Assembly: GCA_963720825.1 (NCBI GenBank)
Contig: CAVRGY010000017.1
Span: 454,823-518,822 of the forward strand
DNA from: an uncultured Chloroflexia bacterium
GTDB taxonomy: Bacteria > Chloroflexota > Limnocylindria > Limnocylindrales > CSP1-4
Direction: 5' to 3'
Length of the DNA stretch: 64,000 nucleotides
This document shows, piece after piece, positions 28,492 to 39,604 of the stretch (position 1 is its first letter; every line of letters begins with the position of its first letter). The translations under genes were made by a program, and so were the position numbers. The notes under the pieces are model-generated. The model did no database searches, was not told the DNA's origin, and saw only the letters and a program-made list of their open reading frames with translations.

Positions 28492-29211
28492 ATGGATCCT
28501 GTGCGCTTCGGCCTCTCGCTTCGCGCCCTGCGTCGGCGGCGCGGCTGGACCCAGGCACGGCTGGCCGAAGCTACGGGCATCTCGCAGACCGCAATCTCGC
28601 GGATCGAGCGCGGTCGTGGTGACCGCCTGACAGTGCGGACGCTGACCCTGGTACTGGCGGCGCTCGGGGCGAGGGTCAGCGTCCGGGTGATGAGTCACGG
28701 AGAGGACCTCGATCGGCTGCTGGACGCGGGCCACGCGGAGATCGTCGAGCACGTCGCGCGCCTCCTTCGCCGTTGCGACTGGGACGTCGCACCGGAGGTG
28801 ACCTTCAGCGTCTATGGCGAACGAGGCTCAATCGACATTCTCGCCACGCACCGGCAGACCGGTGCGTTGCTGGTGGTCGAGGTCAAGAGCACCCTTCCCG
28901 ATATACAGGCAACGCTGGCAGGGATCGATCGCAAGACCCGGCTGGCCAGGAGCGTGGCGCGCGAGCGAGGCTGGCCCGCTCATTCGGTCTCACGCTGGCT
29001 GGTCGTGCCGGGCGACAAGACCTCGCGCAGGCGCATCGAGCGGCACGCCGATACCTTCGCTGCGGCGCTCCCCGGCCGAACCGTCGAGATGCGGCGCTGG
29101 TGCGCCGCGCCGGATCGCGCCGTGGCCGGCATCCTGTTTGTGTCACCGAGTACCCACTCGGCTGCAAGGCACCGCACGAGCCGCTCGCGACACCGAAACC
29201 CGGACACCTAG
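28492..29211 (+). CDS. XRE-family HTH domain fused to a PD-(D/E)XK nuclease-like domain
   Basis: 239 aa from MDPVRFG. The HTH is LRRRRGWTQARLAEATGISQTAISRIERG. The C-terminal half has GERGSIDILA...ALLVVEVKS, which follows the D...(D/E)xK pattern. An alternative GTG start lies near 28465. Confidence 0.65.
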   Translation: MDPVRFGLSLRALRRRRGWTQARLAEATGISQTAISRIERGRGDRLTVRTLTLVLAALGARVSVRVMSHGEDLDRLLDAGHAEIVEHVARLLRRCDWDVAPEVTFSVYGERGSIDILATHRQTGALLVVEVKSTLPDIQATLAGIDRKTRLARSVARERGWPAHSVSRWLVVPGDKTSRRRIERHADTFAAALPGRTVEMRRWCAAPDRAVAGILFVSPSTHSAARHRTSRSRHRNPDT

Positions 29212-29341
29212 CCGCGTCGCGGCTGGTTGACCCCGCTCAGGGCCTACCGCGTCCAGCGGCGGCGCCGAACAGGCGCGTGAGTACTGAATGACAGAAATCG
29301 GGGCGCGGCGTCGCGCGGCGAACTGCGGCGCCACGAGAAAC

Positions 29342-29367
29342 GGCTCGCCGACGCGCGCCGGCGAGCC
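29342..29367 (-). terminator. Putative intrinsic terminator downstream of dnaK
   Basis: A 9-bp GC stem (GGCTCGCCG/CGGCGAGCC) with an 8-nt loop lies about 30 nt after the dnaK stop. On the minus strand it is followed by GTTTCTCG. Confidence 0.4.
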
Positions 29368-29394
29368 GCGTTCCGCGGTGACGGGAGGCCGGGA

Positions 29395-31341
<1,947 letters not shown>

Positions 31342-31380
31342 GTGGGATGTCTCCTGGATGGTCGGACGGGAAGTCGTGGA

Positions 31381-32028
31381 CTACGGGTTGATGATCAGTT
31401 GACGGGGCCGGCGCCCGGGCCGGGACCTGGGCCATCGGCCGAGCCGGGGCCGTTGCCGAGGACCGTTGCCGGGACCGTTGCCGGCATCGCCGCCGGCGGC
31501 GACCGCGACCAGCGCGGGTCTCACGAGACGATCGCGGAGCCGGTAGCCCCGGCGGATCTCCTCCACGATCTCGCCCTCGCGGCGGCCGGTGCCGGGGACG
31601 CTCACGATGGCTTCGTGCTCGCGCGGGTCAAACGGCGTGCCGGGCGCCGAGTCGACGGCGGTGACGCCTTCGCTCTCGAGCAGCACCCGCAGCTTGCGGT
31701 CGATGGCGGCGATCCCCTCGACCCACGCGTCGCCCTCGTGCTCTGCGGGACGCGTCTCGATCGCGCGGTCGAAGTCGTCCGCGAGGGCGAGCACCTTGCG
31801 GATCAGGTCCTCGCCGGCGAGGCCCAGCTCGCGCTGCCGCTCCTCGCTGGTGCGCCGGCGGAAGTTGGTGAACTCGGCTCGCTCACGCTGGAGGAGGCCG
31901 AGGTACTCATCGACCTTGGCCAGCGCGTCGTCGCGCTCGGCGGTCATCGCCTCGAGCCTGGCGCTCAGGGCGCTGGGTGAGACGTCAAGCGCCTCGATTC
32001 GCTCTTCGGCTCGGGTCTTGCGGGTCAT
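31381..32028 (-). CDS. grpE: Nucleotide exchange factor GrpE
   Basis: 215 aa from MTRKTRAEER with FRRRT, the LADDFDRA motif and FDPREHEA. The track ORF extends further upstream to 32256, which is not supported. Confidence 0.9.
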   Translation of the reverse strand: MTRKTRAEERIEALDVSPSALSARLEAMTAERDDALAKVDEYLGLLQRERAEFTNFRRRTSEERQRELGLAGEDLIRKVLALADDFDRAIETRPAEHEGDAWVEGIAAIDRKLRVLLESEGVTAVDSAPGTPFDPREHEAIVSVPGTGRREGEIVEEIRRGYRLRDRLVRPALVAVAAGGDAGNGPGNGPRQRPRLGRWPRSRPGRRPRQLIINP

Positions 32029-32054
32029 GGATCTCCGTGGGGCTGTTGACGCGG

Positions 32055-33116
32055 TCAGGCGTAGAGATGGTCGATGAGCTCGTTCATGAGCCCGGAGATG
32101 AAGCGGACGGTGCCGATGGCCTGCGGATACGCCATCCGGGTCGGTCCCAGCACCCCGACGACGCCGACGGCGCGCCCGGGCTGTCCGTACGGGGCAAGCA
32201 CCAGCGAGACGTCCGCCATGTCCTCGGCCGAGTTCTCGTGGCCGATGAACACGCACACGCGTCCCGCACCGGCGACATCGTCGATGAGCTCGGCCAGGTA
32301 CATCCGGTTCTCGAGCGCCGCGAACACGCGGCGCAACCGTTCGCTCTGGGCGAACTCGGGCGCGGCCATCACGTTGAGCAGCCCGTCCGAGAACAGCTCC
32401 TCGATCGCCGAGCCGTCGAAATCCTCGAGCGCACGCACGACGCGCTCGCCGACGCGGCGGTGAAGCTCGAGCCCCGGATCGGCCGGATCGAGCGCCTCCA
32501 GGGCTCGCACCGCCTCGACGCCCGTATGGTCGTCGAGCAGCTCGTTGAGGCGGTTCGCGACCGCGGACAGCGCATCCTGGTCGACCGTCTCGTCGAGCGA
32601 CACGAGCACCTGCTTGAGGGCGCCCTCGCGGAGCACGAGGATCAGGCTCGCCAGCCGGTCGCTGATCGAGACCAGGTCCAGGCGGCGGAGATGCGCGGAT
32701 CGTGGCTTGGCCGGCGTTGCGAGCCCGGCCGCGCGGGTCACCGATGCCAACGTGGTCGCGGCGAGCCGGAACCAGTGCTCGCTCGCAAACTCCACCTGAC
32801 CGAACTGGTGCCGGATCATGAGCTGCTCGACGGGGGGCAGGGGCACGTTGTCCACGATGGACTCGACGTAGTAGCGGTAGCCCTGCTCGGTGGGGACCCG
32901 ACCCGCCGACGTGTGGGGATGACTCAGCAGGCCGGCCGCTTCGAGCTCGGCGAGGATGCTCCGGACGGTGGCGCTGGACACGCCCAGATGAAAACGCTCG
33001 ACCAGGGCGTGGCTGCCGACCGGCGCGGCGGTGGTGACGTATTCCTCGATGACGGCCCGAAGGATCGCCTGGGAGCGAAGGTCAAGGGGGCCGCTGGAGC
33101 GCACGCGACGCGCCAT
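32055..33116 (-). CDS. hrcA: Heat-inducible transcription repressor HrcA
   Basis: 353 aa with the N-terminal winged helix (ILRAVIEEYVTTAAPVGS...SSATVRSILAELE..GLL.HPHTSAGRVPT). It is the first gene of hrcA-grpE-dnaK. Confidence 0.92.
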   Translation of the reverse strand: MARRVRSSGPLDLRSQAILRAVIEEYVTTAAPVGSHALVERFHLGVSSATVRSILAELEAAGLLSHPHTSAGRVPTEQGYRYYVESIVDNVPLPPVEQLMIRHQFGQVEFASEHWFRLAATTLASVTRAAGLATPAKPRSAHLRRLDLVSISDRLASLILVLREGALKQVLVSLDETVDQDALSAVANRLNELLDDHTGVEAVRALEALDPADPGLELHRRVGERVVRALEDFDGSAIEELFSDGLLNVMAAPEFAQSERLRRVFAALENRMYLAELIDDVAGAGRVCVFIGHENSAEDMADVSLVLAPYGQPGRAVGVVGVLGPTRMAYPQAIGTVRFISGLMNELIDHLYA

Positions 33117-33135
33117 CTAGCCTCTCCGGAATTGG

Positions 33136-33162
33136 TTGGCACTCGCACCTTGAGAGTGCTAA
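33136..33162. promoter_or_regulatory. CIRCE operator (HrcA binding site)
   Basis: TTGGCACTC-N9-GAGTGCTAA has one mismatch to the consensus TTAGCACTC-N9-GAGTGCTAA and lies 20 nt upstream of the hrcA start. Confidence 0.85.
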
Positions 33163-33479
33163 CGATGGGGACAGTCTACCGGTCGGCCGTTCCGGGTGTC
33201 AACGACGTGAGCGTCGTGCGCACGGTCCGGCACGCGGCGGGCCGGGAGGGACGGCGGGTCCGATATGGGACGTTTGGTTGGTTGGTCGGTCACGCCCCGC
33301 AGCCTAGCCTCGGACCCGTCACCCAATCGCCAGGTACCAGTCACTTCGATGCGACGAACAGCTGCTCCCGACCCGCGTCCGATCCCGGCAGCCCGCCCCA
33401 TCTCGGGCCGATGCTCGCCGGCCGGGAGGCACAGCCGCCCGTGACACCGGCGCACCCTGGCGCCGCCACGTGATCGTCG

Positions 33480-35207
33480 ATGGCTGACCTCGGGTTCCTG
33501 CCGCTGCTCCAGAATGCGGCCCTGCTGCTGAGCATCGCCCTGATCTACGACCTGGCGAGCGCGCGCTGGCCATTGCGCAAGGCGGCCCTGGCACGTCCTC
33601 TCATCGGCGTCCTGATCGGGTCCATCGGGATCGTGATCATGCTCACGCCGTGGGTGTTCGAGCCGGGCGTCGTCCTCGACACCCGTTCGGTGCTGCTTGC
33701 GATCGCGGGCCTCGTGTTCGGAGGGGTGCCCACCTCCGTGGCGATCGTGATGACGGCAGCATTCCGGCTGTCCCAGGGTGGCGTGGCCGCGGGCGCCGGG
33801 GCAGCCGTCATCCTCGCTTCGGGGCTGATCGGCATCTTCTGGCGCAGGCTGCGGCACGGGCGCCTCGAATCGATGTCGCTCAGGGAGCTCTACGCGATGG
33901 GCCTGGTCGTCCACGTCGTGATGCTCCTGGTCATGTTGACCCTGCCCGGGGACACGGCATGGAAGGTGCTGGGTGCCATCAGCCTCCCCGTCATCCTGAT
34001 CAACCCCGTGGCGACGGCCGCCCTGGGCGGCCTGATGGTCAACCGGCTGCGGCGTGAGGACAGGGATCGGGAGGTCAGGGAGGCGGCGGACCGGTACCAG
34101 GGGTTGCTGCGCCACGCACCCGACGCCATTCTCGTCGGCCGTGGTGATCGGATCGTTCTTGCCAACGACGCGGCGGTCGCCCTGTTCGGCGCGGCAGGCG
34201 AGCGGGACCTGATCGGCAAGAGCCCATACCAGCTGTTCGACCGGGCCGATCAGGCCGCCGTCCGGGCCCGGATCCGCACGCTGGAGAGCTCGCCGGCGGC
34301 CGTACCCCTGGTCGAGCAGCGAATTGTGCGAGTCGCCGACGGCTCCCTCGTGGACGTCGAGGTCGCAGCATCGCCGTTTGCCGATCGAGGCGGCGTCTCG
34401 ATCCATTTCATCCTTCGCGACATCACCCAGCGCAAGCGGGCGGAAGCGGCGCTTCGTACGCTCACCGAGGGGCTAGAGGAGCGGGTGAAGGACAGGACGG
34501 CGGAGCTCGTCCTCGCCAACCGCGAGCTCGAGGCATTCGCGTACTCGGTCTCCCACGACCTTCGCGCGCCGCTGCGCGCGGTGTCGAGCTTCTCGCAGAT
34601 CCTCGCAACCAGGCACGCCGGTTCGCTGGACGATGAGGGCCGTCACTACCTCGACAACATCGTGATGTCCACCGGCCACATGGAACAGCTCATCGAGGAC
34701 CTGCTCAGGTACTCGCGGCTCGGACGCCGGGCGGTCCGCGCGGAACCGGTGGCGCTCGAGCCGCTCGTGGCGCGCCTGCGCCGGACGTTCGAGCCGCAGC
34801 TCGCGGATCCCGATGCTCGCCTCCAGGCCGACGACCTCGCTGCGACGCCGCTCGGAGACCCGCTCCTGGTCGAGCAGGTGCTGCTCAACCTCGTATCCAA
34901 CGCGCTCACCTATCGCCGGGACGGCATCAGTCCCCGGGTCGCGATCTCCAGCACCCAGGTCGACGGCCAGGTCACGCTGAGCGTCGAGGACAACGGCATC
35001 GGGATCGACGCCGAGCACCAGGCGCAGATCTTCGACGTGTTTACGCGACTGCACTCGGACGAGGAGTATCCGGGGACCGGGATCGGTCTCGCGATCGTCC
35101 GCAAGGCCGCGCACATGATGGGTGGGGAGGTCGGCGTGGTCTCGACACCGGGCTCGGGGAGCAGGTTCATCGTGCACCTGCCGGCCGCCAGGGAACTGGT
35201 GTCCTGA
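33480..35207 (+). CDS. Sensor histidine kinase (5TM-Lyt-type membrane domain, PAS, HisKA, HATPase)
   Basis: 575 aa with five or six N-terminal TM helices, a PAS domain (APDAILV...ILRDITQRKRAE), the H-box FAYSVSHDLRAPL, the N-box LLNLVSNAL and the G-boxes EDNGIGI and GTGIGL. Confidence 0.85.
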   Translation: MADLGFLPLLQNAALLLSIALIYDLASARWPLRKAALARPLIGVLIGSIGIVIMLTPWVFEPGVVLDTRSVLLAIAGLVFGGVPTSVAIVMTAAFRLSQGGVAAGAGAAVILASGLIGIFWRRLRHGRLESMSLRELYAMGLVVHVVMLLVMLTLPGDTAWKVLGAISLPVILINPVATAALGGLMVNRLRREDRDREVREAADRYQGLLRHAPDAILVGRGDRIVLANDAAVALFGAAGERDLIGKSPYQLFDRADQAAVRARIRTLESSPAAVPLVEQRIVRVADGSLVDVEVAASPFADRGGVSIHFILRDITQRKRAEAALRTLTEGLEERVKDRTAELVLANRELEAFAYSVSHDLRAPLRAVSSFSQILATRHAGSLDDEGRHYLDNIVMSTGHMEQLIEDLLRYSRLGRRAVRAEPVALEPLVARLRRTFEPQLADPDARLQADDLAATPLGDPLLVEQVLLNLVSNALTYRRDGISPRVAISSTQVDGQVTLSVEDNGIGIDAEHQAQIFDVFTRLHSDEEYPGTGIGLAIVRKAAHMMGGEVGVVSTPGSGSRFIVHLPAARELVS

Positions 35208-35288
35208 CGCGCCGAGGGCGGGGCCAGCGGGGACCCATCGGAGGTGCCCGGAGCGCAGCTGAGACGCGGATCCGGGTGCCGAACTCGC

Positions 35289-37404
35289 TCAGCCCGGCGC
35301 TGCCTCCGGTCTGATCGCACCACCCCCGTCGGCGGGCGGAACCTCGATCGGCGCGGGGCGCCCGAACAGGTAGCCCTGCCCGAACTCGGCGCCGAGCGCG
35401 GTCACGGTGTCGGCCTCTGCCTGCGTCTCGATCCCTTCGGCGATCAGCCGGCAGCCGGAGGCGCGCGCGAAGTGCTGCAAACCCACCATCAGCGCCTGGC
35501 GGCCGACGTCCCGGTTGATGTCGCGGACAAGGCCGATGTCGATCTTCACGAAGTCGGCCCGCAGGCCGAGGATGTGGGCAAAGTTGGCAACCCCGGCTCC
35601 GGCATCGTCGACCGCGAGGCGCGTGTCGCGGCCGATCCCGCGCACCGCATTGCGCAGCCCGTCATAGTCCGGGACGACCTCGTGCTCGGTGATCTCGGCC
35701 ACGATCGGCCGCTCCGCGGCGGCCAGGAGCTGCCCGACATCCGGGCGCGCAGCGAGCAGGCCGGGCGACAGGTTGACGCTCAGCCAGCGTCCCGGGGGAA
35801 GCGATCCCGACGCCTCGACGGCGGCGCGCAGGGTCGCGATCTCGAGGTCGGGGCCGAGGCTCGCGGACCACGCCTCCGCGAACACCAGGTCGGGTCGCTC
35901 GCCCGAGTCGAACCGGGTGAGCGCCTCGAAGCCGACGATGTCGTGCGTGGCGAGATCCACGATCGGCTGGAACACCGGGTGGAACGCTCGCTCGTCGATG
36001 ATCGCGGTGATCCGTCCGCGGACGCGGCCCACCGAGGTCCGCTCGGCGATCGCCGGGCCGACGAGGATCGCCGCCAGGCCGGCAAAGTCCGCCAGCGCGG
36101 GCAGGGTCTCGGTGAGCAGCGCCACGGCATCCGGTCCGGGCGCAAAGGCCGCCAGCATGCCGACCAGGGCGCCGGCGTGGCGGATCGGAACCTCGGCGAG
36201 CGCCGTCGTCCCGAGCCTTGCGTGGACCTCGCCGTACGGCTCGGAGACCCCGGCTGAGAAGGTCTCCACCCAGGGTCCCTGGAGTGCCCGCGCCCGCAGA
36301 TCCCGGCTTCGGGCCAGCGGCAGCCGCTGCGGTGGCTGCGCCTCGCCGTCGGCGGTGACCAGCGCGATGGGCGTCGCGACACCCTCGTGGTCGAACTGGA
36401 CGAACGCGACCGCGACCAGTCCGGACAGGCTGACGACCTGGCGGCATATCCCCTCCGCCCTCGCCTCGGCCGAACCCGCCGCGGGGAGCCGTTCGAGCGT
36501 ATCCCGGATCAGCGCCCGTTCCCGTGCGAGCCGGGTCGCATCCGCCTCGAGCTCTCGCTCGTGCGTGACGTCATGGGCGACCGACACGAAGCTCGCGATC
36601 GAGCCGTCCTGGCCGCGGATCGGCGAGATGTTCGACCGCATGAAGTACAGGGATCCGTCCTTGCGCCGATTGGTGAACTCGGCGACCCATGACTGTCCCG
36701 AGGTGAGGCTCGCCCACATGGCCTGGTAGAAGGACAGGCGGGTGGGATCCGCTCTGCACGATCCTCGGGTTCTGGCCCACCGCCTCTTCCCGGGTGTACC
36801 CGGTGATCCGCTCGAAGGCAGGGTTCACGTACAGGATCCGTGGCTCGGTGTCGGTGATGACCACGGCGTCGTGCGCCTGCTCGATCGCCTCAGACAGCCG
36901 CCGCCACTCGAGATCGAGGCGGCGGTGCGTCGCTCGCTCCTCGCGGTCGAGGAGCGCCCGGCGGACGGCAGGCCCGAGGCGCCCCATCCGGTCCTTGAAG
37001 ATGTAGTCGTCGGCACCGCGATGGAGCGCGTCGATGGCGGCTTCCTCGCCGATGCTCCCGGAGACGAGGATGAACGGCAGGTCGCCGGCGTGCGACCGGA
37101 CGATCTCGAGTGCCTCGAGACCGGTGAACCCCGGCATCCTCCAGTCCGAGAGCACAAGCTCGGCGGGCGTGTCGAGCGCATCGATCAAGGCGGCTGCGGA
37201 CTGGACCCGCACCCACTCCGGGGCGAACCCCTCACGCTCCAGCTCGAGCACGACGAGCTCGGCATCGATCGGACGATCCTCGACGAGGATCACGTGGAGC
37301 TGCGAGTCGCGGATGGCCTCGGGTGCGCGATGCGAGCTCGGTTCGCGATGCGAGCTATTCCCCACCTGACCCCCAGCCGGTGACTCCCCCGGAATGGCGC
37401 TCAT
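35289..37404 (-). pseudogene. Response-regulator receiver, PAS, GAF-like and EAL phosphodiesterase domains, split across two frames inside the PAS domain (about 36740-36746)
   Basis: The REC domain (VILVEDRPIDAEL...SDWRMPG...DDYIFKD) and the first half of PAS (ILYVNPAFERITGYTREEAVGQNPRIVQSG) are in track ORF 36571..37611. The remainder (FYQAMWASLTSGQSWVAEFTNRRKDGS, then EAL motifs EALTRF, EITEH, AVDDAGAG, IAEGIET, QGY) is in track ORF 35289..36719. Confidence 0.8.
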
Positions 37405-37502
37405 CGAGCGCAGGACGCTGCGTTCCGTCGCAATTATGCTCCGCGGTTTCAACCCTGCGTGCACGCCCGGCCGTACCCGGCAACCCGTGGATCGGGCGAT
37501 CG

Positions 37503-38771
37503 TCAGGCCAGGCGCAGGAACAGCTCGTTGGACAGGAGCCGCCCGCGCGTCGTCAGGTGGATCCGTGGCTCGCCCCCGGCCGTCTCGAGCAGACCCGCCG
37601 CGGTGGCCCATTCGAGGTGCGGCGCGAGCGGTCCGGCCATCGCGTCCTCGAGCGCAAGCCCCGTATCGAGCCGCAGTCCGAGGATCACGGCCTCAATCGC
37701 GGCAGCCTCAGCGTCGATGACCTCCGCACCGCCAGGCGGAAGTGCCGGGCTGCGGCCGTCCTGCGGGGCAAGCGCATGCACGTAGCCGTCGAGGCGGGCC
37801 GCGTTCCATCGCCGCGTCCGGCCGTCAAAGGCGTGCGCGCCCGGCCCGACCGCCTCGTATGGGCGGCGATGCCAGTAGGCGAGGTTGTGCCGGCTCTCGT
37901 GGCCCGGTTGCGCCCAGTTCGAGATCTCGTAGCCCCGGTACCCGGCGGCGCCGAGGCGCTCGACCGCGAGCGCGTACTGCGCCGCCGCGCGGTCCTCGTC
38001 CTGGTCCCGGATCGCCGTCTCGCGCCAGCGGCGCGCGCCGGGCCGCGTCGGCAGGTGATCGCCCGCCGGCCCGGTCAGGCCCTCCGCGTCCGGGTCGTCG
38101 AGGGTCAGCGCATACGCGGAGACGTGATCGGGCGCCAGCTCGATGGCGGCGTCCAGCGTCGCCGCCCACACGGCGAGCGACTGTCCCGGCACGTCGTACA
38201 ACAGGTCGATCGACACGGACCCGAACCCTGCCGCTCGCGCCTCGGCGACGGCATCGCGGACATCCGATGCGCGATGGCGGCGCCCGAGCCGCCGGAGCAG
38301 GGCGTCGTCGAACGACTGCGCGCCCAGCGACAGCCGGGTGATCCCGGCGGCGACCAACGCCCGGGCGTCGTTGCGCTCATCGGCGCCGGGATTGCCTTCG
38401 ATCGTGACCTCGGCATCGGCGGCGATCCCGAAGCGAGCCCGCACCTGGTCCAGCAGCCGGGCGATCGTCGCCGGCGGCAGCAGCGTCGGCGTCCCGCCGC
38501 CCAGGTAGACGGTCTCGAGCGGGGGCCTCCCGCGCCGCCCGGGCGTGCCGAACCGCGCGTCCAGCGCATCGGCGCGCAGCGCGATCTCCGTGGTCAGCGC
38601 CTCGACGAAGGCCCCGATCCTGGCGCCCGGCCCGCGCGTTGCCGACCCGGCGTAGACGACGAAATCGCAGTAGGGGCACAGCGCCACGCAGAACGGGACG
38701 TGGACGTACAGCGCGACGGGCGGCTGCTCGACCGGTGATCGCGCGGTCGCCGGTGCGGTGGCGGCGATCAG
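37503..38771 (-). CDS. hemW: Radical SAM heme chaperone HemW (HemN-like, oxygen-independent coproporphyrinogen oxidase family)
   Basis: GGGTPT, the HemN-family body and an HNLAYW-type C-terminal region are present. The radical-SAM cluster motif LYVHVPFCVALCPYCDF begins upstream of the track start (GTG 38687). The proposed start is CTG 38771, overlapping the upstream stop. See the finding on this start. Confidence 0.8.
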   Translation of the reverse strand: MIAATAPATARSPVEQPPVALYVHVPFCVALCPYCDFVVYAGSATRGPGARIGAFVEALTTEIALRADALDARFGTPGRRGRPPLETVYLGGGTPTLLPPATIARLLDQVRARFGIAADAEVTIEGNPGADERNDARALVAAGITRLSLGAQSFDDALLRRLGRRHRASDVRDAVAEARAAGFGSVSIDLLYDVPGQSLAVWAATLDAAIELAPDHVSAYALTLDDPDAEGLTGPAGDHLPTRPGARRWRETAIRDQDEDRAAAQYALAVERLGAAGYRGYEISNWAQPGHESRHNLAYWHRRPYEAVGPGAHAFDGRTRRWNAARLDGYVHALAPQDGRSPALPPGGAEVIDAEAAAIEAVILGLRLDTGLALEDAMAGPLAPHLEWATAAGLLETAGGEPRIHLTTRGRLLSNELFLRLA

Positions 38772-39571
38772 CGGCGTCGTGACGTCTCGCGGGGACCCAG
38801 CACCCGCCAGCCCTCGGGCGGCCCCTGCCGTCTGGCGACCTCCTCGACCTCGGTCCCGCGAGCCTTGGGCAGGCCGGCGTGGCCGGTCGCGAGGAAGATC
38901 GCGATCCGGGTGATGGCGTGGCCCAGGAACGCCGCACCGATGCCGCCCGTGACCCCGGTCAGCCAGCCCCCGGCGAGCCCGATGACGATCGCCGTGAGCA
39001 GCATGTACAGCGGGCGGCCCGGTGCTCCGAGGCGCGTCGCCAGGCCGTACAGCAGCGCCTGGGCGATGTTCGCCATCGTCGGGTCAGTGCCGACGACGAC
39101 CAGGAACCCGAACACCAGGCCGCGGAACACCGCCTCGTCCACGAACGCCGTGGCCAGGGCGTTGAGCACGGCCCCGGGGTAGGACTCGATCGGCGGGAAG
39201 CGCAGGTAGCGATAGCGGTAGAACGCGATCCCCAGCGCGATCCCGGTGCCAACGGCACCAGCCGTCAGTCCCAGGATCACCGCACCGAGACGGTCGCCCA
39301 GCCCGAGGAACAGGTCGCCCGCCGGGCTCGGGTGGACCCGGCCGACGAGGATGATGCCGCCGATCCCGAGGGCATACCAGGCGAGACGCCTGGACATCGA
39401 CGGCGGGTTCCCCCAGCGGTCTGCATCGTCGTATTCGGCCGCACTGAACCGCTCCGCGTCGAACCGCAGGATCACCAGCAGGCAGGTCAGCCCGGCCGCC
39501 ATCAGGACCAGCAGCGGCTGCGGAACGTCGGGCAGGCTCGAGAGCAGGGGGAGCGATCCGAAGTCCGGCAT
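38768..39571 (-). CDS. CPBP-family intramembrane glutamic protease (CAAX protease-like)
   Basis: 267 aa polytopic protein with the motifs VDEAVFRGLVFG (EExxxR-like) and FLGHAITRI. Confidence 0.8.
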   Translation of the reverse strand: MPDFGSLPLLSSLPDVPQPLLVLMAAGLTCLLVILRFDAERFSAAEYDDADRWGNPPSMSRRLAWYALGIGGIILVGRVHPSPAGDLFLGLGDRLGAVILGLTAGAVGTGIALGIAFYRYRYLRFPPIESYPGAVLNALATAFVDEAVFRGLVFGFLVVVGTDPTMANIAQALLYGLATRLGAPGRPLYMLLTAIVIGLAGGWLTGVTGGIGAAFLGHAITRIAIFLATGHAGLPKARGTEVEEVARRQGPPEGWRVLGPRETSRRR

Positions 39572-39604
39572 CAGGCGGAGGTCAGCCCGCCCCGGCGAGG
39601 CGGA

